Part shown: positions 58,847 through 64,000 of the stretch, in pieces
Layout: each line of letters begins with the position of its first letter
Numbering within the stretch: position 1 is the first letter of the stretch
Source: Candidatus Omnitrophota bacterium
GTDB taxonomy: Bacteria > Omnitrophota > Gorgyraeia > Duberdicusellales > 4484-171
Direction of reading: 5' to 3'
Assembly (NCBI GenBank): GCA_037146775.1
Contig: JBAWWL010000001.1
Span: forward strand, 133,464-197,463
DNA: 64,000 bases
Notes under the pieces: generated by a model
The model's database searches: none
Seen by the model: only the letters and a program-made list of their open reading frames with translations
Told to the model about the DNA's origin: nothing
Program-made: the position numbers and the translations under genes

Positions 58847-59519
58847 GCTATTGGACATTGTTTCTTTGACTAAACGCTATCATAACGGCACGGAAGAGGT
58901 CGCGGCGCTCTCTAGGGTGTCTTTATCTATCGACGAGGGAGATTATCTTGCGATTGTCGGCCCTTCGGGAGCGGGTAAATCAACGCTTTTACATATTATG
59001 GGCGGGCTCGATACTCCTACCGAGGGGCAGGTGTTGTTCGAATCGGGCGATATATATCGCATGTCCGATACCCAGCGGGCCCACTGGAGGAACAAAACGA
59101 TTGGTTTTGTTTTTCAGTTCTATCATCTCATTGAAGAGCTGTCGGTTGAAGAAAATATTCTGCTCACGGCAAGCTTTGTTGCGAGAAAAACCTCTTTTAA
59201 AAAATTACAGGAGTTGCTAAAATATTTAAATATGGCGCCGCGAAAGAATTTTTTCCCTTCACAGTTAAGCGGTGGAGAAAAACAGAAAGTTGCCATTGCG
59301 CGCGCGTTGATTAACGAACCGCGTATGGTATTTTGTGATGAACCGACCGGTAACTTAGACAAGGATTCTCAGGATAAGGTCGTTGGGCTCCTGGAGGAAC
59401 TTAACCGGGAAAAGAAAAAGACAATCGTTTTGGTCACTCATAATTTAGAATTGGCAAAGCGGGCTAAACGAACAGTCTTTATCAGAAGCGGAGAGGTCAT
59501 TAAAAACGCTTCAAATTAA
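58839..59519 (+). CDS. lolD: Lipoprotein-releasing ABC ATPase
   Basis: GPSGAGKST, GFVFQFYHL, DEPTGNLD. Confidence 0.85.
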   Translation: MSKLLDIVSLTKRYHNGTEEVAALSRVSLSIDEGDYLAIVGPSGAGKSTLLHIMGGLDTPTEGQVLFESGDIYRMSDTQRAHWRNKTIGFVFQFYHLIEELSVEENILLTASFVARKTSFKKLQELLKYLNMAPRKNFFPSQLSGGEKQKVAIARALINEPRMVFCDEPTGNLDKDSQDKVVGLLEELNREKKKTIVLVTHNLELAKRAKRTVFIRSGEVIKNASN

Positions 59520-59580
59520 GTTAGTTCACGGTTTTTATAATCGTTTGGTGTTGAATCGCGGATAAAGACAGGAGGAGAAG

Positions 59581-60456
59581 ATGAAGGTATATGTGAACGG
59601 TGCGTTGGTGGATAAAGCGCAGGCAAAAATATCAGTTTTTGATCACGGATTTTTATATGGAGACGGTGTGTTTGAGGGGATCCGTTCTTATAGCTGTTTG
59701 GTGTTTAAGCTTAAAGAGCATATCGACCGGCTTTTTGAATCGGCACACTCAATTATGCTGGATATTAAGCTTGGCAAAGAAAAAACCATTGAGGCAGTTG
59801 TCAGAACATTAGAGGCAAATCAGCTCAAAGATGCCTATATCCGCTTGATTGTTTCCCGTGGGGAGGGAGATCTCGGGCTTGATCCGAGAAAATGCAAAGG
59901 TAATGAAACCATAGTGATTATCACGGATAAAATTTCTCTTTACCCCGAGCGGCTCTATGAGGAGGGCATGGCGATTGTTACCGTTCCGACAGTGAGAAAT
60001 CTTCCCGAGGCATTAAACCCGCAGATCAAATCACTCAACTACTTAAATAATATTTTGGCAAAAATTGAAGCGGTGAATTCCGGATACGAAGAAGCTCTTA
60101 TGCTGGATCATATGGGTTATGTTGCAGAGTGTACCGGCGATAATATTTTTGTGACTGAAGGCGGGGAGCTTTATACGCCACCGCAATGCATGGGGACTTT
60201 ACGCGGTATTACCCGGGATGCGGTATTAACTATTGCCAGGAAGCTGAAAATCACGACTCATGAACACGTTTTGACCAGGCACGAGCTCTATAACAGCGAT
60301 GAATGCTTTTTGACTGGAACGGCAGCTGAGATCATTCCGGTGGTAAAAGTTGACGGAAGGACTATTGGTACGGCAAAGCCCGGTAAAATCACCAAACTTT
60401 TGATGCAAGAATTTAAAAAGATTACGAAGACCGACGGAGTAAAATATCAGCTATAG
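59581..60456 (+). CDS. ilvE: Branched-chain amino acid aminotransferase
   Basis: DHGFLYGDGVFEG, IKSLNYLNN, LRGITR, TGTAAE. Confidence 0.92.
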   Translation: MKVYVNGALVDKAQAKISVFDHGFLYGDGVFEGIRSYSCLVFKLKEHIDRLFESAHSIMLDIKLGKEKTIEAVVRTLEANQLKDAYIRLIVSRGEGDLGLDPRKCKGNETIVIITDKISLYPERLYEEGMAIVTVPTVRNLPEALNPQIKSLNYLNNILAKIEAVNSGYEEALMLDHMGYVAECTGDNIFVTEGGELYTPPQCMGTLRGITRDAVLTIARKLKITTHEHVLTRHELYNSDECFLTGTAAEIIPVVKVDGRTIGTAKPGKITKLLMQEFKKITKTDGVKYQL

Positions 60457-60500
60457 GTTGACATGCAAGACCTTAATAGCCCGTAAGAATTTTTGTTTTA

Positions 60501-60556
60501 CCTATTAACCTAACAACATAATAACCTAATAACATAGCAACCTAACCACCCAATAA
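60501..60556. repeat. 7 x 8-nt tandem repeat at the ilvE/mcsA junction
   Basis: cctattaa-cctaacaa-cataataa-cctaataa-catagcaa-cctaacca-cccaataa. Confidence 0.8.
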
Positions 60557-60564
60557 TTTATTTT

Positions 60565-61059
60565 ATGCTGTGCGATATTTGTCACAAACATGATGCCACT
60601 ATACACTTGACCGAGATTGTCAACGAAAAGGTCACAGAGATGCATATTTGTTCTTCCTGTGCGAAGAAAAAAGCTCATGAGTTGAAAGAACAATTAAGTA
60701 TCGCTGATTTAGTGGGCGGTTTGGCAAGCATGACAGGAGGACACAAGGAAGAAACTGCTCTTAAGTGCCCTGGCTGTGGTCTTACCTATACGGACTTTCG
60801 TAAAAAGGGAAGATTGGGCTGCGCACAATGTTATACGACATTTCGCCAGCAGTTGATGCCTCTCTTAAAACGTATTCACAGTTCTTCTCACCATACGGGT
60901 AAATTTCCTCTCCGGATGGTTTCATCCCTGGCTTCAGAAGCGAAATCAAAAGAGTTACGGGATCGGCTTCATCGGGCAATCCAGTTGGAGGATTACGAGG
61001 AGGCGGCACGCCTTAGAGATGAAATGCGCAAATTAGGAGAGGGCGAGAAGCTTCGTTAA
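60565..61059 (+). CDS. mcsA: McsA, protein arginine kinase activator
   Basis: Four CxxC motifs, GRLGCAQCY, UVR motif EDYEEAARLRDE. Confidence 0.92.
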   Translation: MLCDICHKHDATIHLTEIVNEKVTEMHICSSCAKKKAHELKEQLSIADLVGGLASMTGGHKEETALKCPGCGLTYTDFRKKGRLGCAQCYTTFRQQLMPLLKRIHSSSHHTGKFPLRMVSSLASEAKSKELRDRLHRAIQLEDYEEAARLRDEMRKLGEGEKLR

Positions 61060-61105
61060 GACATAGACGTGTGCGTGTATACAAGAGGCATGGAATTTGA
61101 GAGAT

Positions 61106-62176
61106 ATGTTTGAAAATTTTTTAACCAATAAAGAGAGCTGGCTGAACGGTAAAGGCCCTTTTTCTCAGATTATTTTTTCTTCGCGTGTGCGGTTGGCAAG
61201 AAACTTTTCTCAACATCCTTTTCCGTCGCGTGCCACGAATGTACAAAAGAAAATTATTTTAGGTAAAATGCAGGAAGCATATACGCATGTGAAGAGATTG
61301 CAAAAGGCAATGTTTGTGAATATGGAGGATGTAAACGAAGTCGATCGTAAATTTTTGTTGGAGCGTCACCTTGTAAGCCAGGAACACGTTACGTCTTTTA
61401 AGAACAAAGGCATCTTGGTATCCGAAGATGAGCGTATCGCTCTTATGATTAACGAAGAAGACCATTTGCGTATGCAAGTTATGACGTCCGGGTTTGATCT
61501 GAAACAATGCTGGGAGGTGCTTAACGAGATCGACAATGAACTAAGCGGTTTTATCCAGTTTGCATTTCTTCCTCCGGTAGGCTATCTTACTGCCTGTCCT
61601 ACTAATGTAGGTACAGCCCTGCGGGCGTCGTGTATGTTACATTTGCCGGCTTTAGTGCTGACGAAACAGATTAATAAAATACTTGAGCTTTTAGCGAAAA
61701 TATCGTTTACTACCCGCGGATTTTTTGGCGAAGGAACCCAGGCGCTAGGAGATTTTTTCCAGATTTCCAATCAGGTAAGCCTTGGTCTTTCTGAGACGGA
61801 GATCATCGATAATCTATCGGGAGTGGTCAATCAGGTGAAAGAACAGGAAATGGACGCACGCGATACGCTCGTAAAAAAACATAAAGCTCGCGTTGAAGAT
61901 AATGTATGGCGTTCTTTAGGAGCGCTACGCAGCTGTCGTCTGATGAATAGTAAAGAAGCCTTAAGTCATCTTTCTATGTTGTCTTTGGGGTTAGATTTAG
62001 GTATAATGGAAGGAACACATCTGCCTGACGGTAAGGAAGGCAGACAGGTGGTTAATAATTTATTCATTATGATTCAACCTGCGCATTTACAGAAGATAGA
62101 AGGAAGGTTACTAGAGGAGGGTGAAAGGGATTATATCCGGGCGCAAATTTTGCGGGAAAAATTAAGTGAGGCTTAG
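61106..62176 (+). CDS. mcsB: McsB, protein arginine kinase
   Basis: SSRVRLARN, NEEDHLR, LTACPTNVGT, QISNQ, QPAHLQ. Confidence 0.93.
   Translation: MFENFLTNKESWLNGKGPFSQIIFSSRVRLARNFSQHPFPSRATNVQKKIILGKMQEAYTHVKRLQKAMFVNMEDVNEVDRKFLLERHLVSQEHVTSFKNKGILVSEDERIALMINEEDHLRMQVMTSGFDLKQCWEVLNEIDNELSGFIQFAFLPPVGYLTACPTNVGTALRASCMLHLPALVLTKQINKILELLAKISFTTRGFFGEGTQALGDFFQISNQVSLGLSETEIIDNLSGVVNQVKEQEMDARDTLVKKHKARVEDNVWRSLGALRSCRLMNSKEALSHLSMLSLGLDLGIMEGTHLPDGKEGRQVVNNLFIMIQPAHLQKIEGRLLEEGERDYIRAQILREKLSEA
62020..62044. repeat. Small palindrome inserted in frame in mcsB
   Basis: tctgcct-gacggtaagga-aggcaga; similar to the reverse complement of 1511-1533. Confidence 0.55.
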
Positions 62177-62319
62177 GTTTGTAAAGTGGGTTTTTAACTT
62201 ATCTTAACCTTTGCCGCATGCCTTTTTTCCTGAAAGTAGGCGCTAAAGTTTCTTACGGGAGTATATTTCAGTTTTATAACTTAAAAAATTACAGTCTTAT
62301 TAATTAAAGGAGGATAATA

Positions 62320-64000
62320 ATGTTTAATCGATTTACTGAGCGAGCAAGAAAAGTATTGGTGTTGGCTAAAGAGGAAGCCAGACGTTTCAATCATGATTAT
62401 ATCGGTACAGAACATATTTTGTTAGGGCTTATGCGCGAAGGCGAGGGGGTTGCATGCGCGGTGTTACAAAATCTGGGTATAGATCTTGAGCGGTTGCGTA
62501 TGGAAATTGAAAAGCTTATTTCTCCCGGGAGCTCCGCATCCGTTTTGGGCGACATTCCTTTTACGCCCCGCGCGAAAAAAGCGTTAGAGCTGGCTGCGGA
62601 AGAAGCGCATAACCTGGGCCACAACTATATTGGGACCGAGCATATTCTGTTAGGGCTTATTCGAGAGGGCGAAGGTCTTGCCTCTCAGGTTCTTTTTTCG
62701 TTAGGTACTGATTTACGCAAGATTCGCGAAGAGATATCGGCATTATTGGGCGGCGGCCAAACTTTTCAGGGAGCTCAAGCCGCGGCAAGCTCTAAAACTC
62801 CTGCCCTTGATTCATTTGGCAGAGATTTGACAAAACTCGCGAAAGAGGGAAAGCTTGATCCGGTTATCGGGAGAAAAGGAGAAATAGAACGAGTTATCCA
62901 GGTGCTTTCTCGGCGTACCAAAAACAATCCTGTTCTTTTAGGAGAAGCCGGAGTGGGTAAAACCGCTATCGTAGAGGGGCTTGCGCAGAGTATTACCGTA
63001 GGCGAAGTCCCGGAATTACTGCGTAATAAAAGAATTGTGGTGCTTGATTTGGCGTTGATGATTGCCGGCACAAAATACCGTGGCCAATTCGAAGAGCGTA
63101 TCAAAGCTGTCATGGAGGAAATTAAGCGTTCAAAGGATGTTATTATTTTTATCGATGAACTGCATACTCTTGTTGGCGCAGGCGCGGCCGAAGGCGCTAT
63201 TGATGCGTCCAATATTTTAAAGCCGTCTCTTTCGCGGGGAGAGATCCAATGTATCGGGGCCACCACGCTTGATGAATACCGTAAGCATATCGAAAAAGAT
63301 GCTGCGCTTGAGCGTAGATTTCAGCCTATCATTGTTGAGCCTAATTCCGTGGAGGAGACCGTTGGAATCTTGAAAGGCTTGCGAGATAAGTACGAAGCGC
63401 ATCACCGCGTAAAATTTTCCAATGAAGCGGTAGAGGCGGCGTCAAAATTGTCTGATCGGTATGTTTCCGGAAGATTTCTGCCGGACAAGGCGGTCGATTT
63501 AATCGATGAGGCAGGCGCCAGGGCGCGGTTAGCAGTTTTAACGGCGCCTAAAGAGATAAAGGATATCGAAGATAAATTAAGCAGTATTGATCGAGAAAAG
63601 GAAGCGCTGATAAAACAGCAGGATTTTGAATCAGCAGCGCGCTTACGCGACGAAGAGAAAAAACTAAGATTGCAGCTGGATACATTGCGTAAAGACTGGA
63701 GTAAAAAACGAGACCAAATTATTCCCACAGTGAGCGCGGAAGATATCGCTCGTCTCGTTGCCCAGATTACCGGTATACCTATCTATCGTCTGGAAGAGCG
63801 CGAATCAGAAAAACTCTTAAAGATAGAAGAAAAACTCGCTCAGCGAGTTATCGGCCAAAAGGAATCGCTTGGGGCTATTGCCCGTTGTGTTCGTCGTGCC
63901 CGTGCAGGCATTAAAGAACCCCGGCGGCCCATAGGTTCATTTATGTTTTTAGGCCCGACAGGTGTCGGTAAAACGCTGCTTGCCAGAGCCTTGGCGGAAT
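62320..64000 (+). CDS. clpC: ATP-dependent Clp protease ATPase ClpC (3'-truncated by the window edge; absent from the ORF track)
   Basis: [52 protein letters not shown]; SD AGGAGG. Confidence 0.96.
   Translation, partial: MFNRFTERARKVLVLAKEEARRFNHDYIGTEHILLGLMREGEGVACAVLQNLGIDLERLRMEIEKLISPGSSASVLGDIPFTPRAKKALELAAEEAHNLGHNYIGTEHILLGLIREGEGLASQVLFSLGTDLRKIREEISALLGGGQTFQGAQAAASSKTPALDSFGRDLTKLAKEGKLDPVIGRKGEIERVIQVLSRRTKNNPVLLGEAGVGKTAIVEGLAQSITVGEVPELLRNKRIVVLDLALMIAGTKYRGQFEERIKAVMEEIKRSKDVIIFIDELHTLVGAGAAEGAIDASNILKPSLSRGEIQCIGATTLDEYRKHIEKDAALERRFQPIIVEPNSVEETVGILKGLRDKYEAHHRVKFSNEAVEAASKLSDRYVSGRFLPDKAVDLIDEAGARARLAVLTAPKEIKDIEDKLSSIDREKEALIKQQDFESAARLRDEEKKLRLQLDTLRKDWSKKRDQIIPTVSAEDIARLVAQITGIPIYRLEERESEKLLKIEEKLAQRVIGQKESLGAIARCVRRARAGIKEPRRPIGSFMFLGPTGVGKTLLARALAE

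Noticed and set aside
60565-64000. mcsA-mcsB-clpC without ctsR as a novelty
   Set aside because: This arrangement is expected outside Firmicutes, for example in PVC bacteria.

Overview
Gene-dense window (roughly 40-43% GC by eye), almost all on the + strand, from a diderm bacterium. TolC, LolC/E-LolD, mcsA-mcsB-clpC without ctsR, a TMTC-like GT-C/TPR protein and PilZ proteins suggest the PVC superphylum, most likely Candidatus Omnitrophota; this is inference. Contents include a truncated radical SAM ORF, an opp/dpp peptide ABC operon, ACP, a receiver/H-box/receiver trio, ABC-F, two M48 proteases and a DNA-repair-type radical SAM. It also has a REP-flanked tyrosine transposase (RAYT), an orphan EF-G, metF, lemA, dinB, rpsU, rlmB, olsB/olsA-like genes and galT. 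The later part has a Ybh-type ABC efflux operon, three nucleobase deaminases and lysS-lolE-lolD-ilvE-mcsA-mcsB-clpC (truncated). No rRNA, tRNA or CRISPR array was recognised. Most notable: (1) a winged-HTH domain fused through an internal signal-peptide-like segment to TolC, behind a promoter with an operator-like inverted repeat; (2) short-period (6-9 nt) tandem-repeat elements at seven operon junctions, the heptamer ones folding with a periodic A-A mismatch; (3) a stand-alone H-box protein between two single-domain receivers; (4) a small palindrome family inserted in frame in McsB and ORF1; (5) a duplicated hairpin leader before the repair radical SAM; (6) several apparently leaderless genes.
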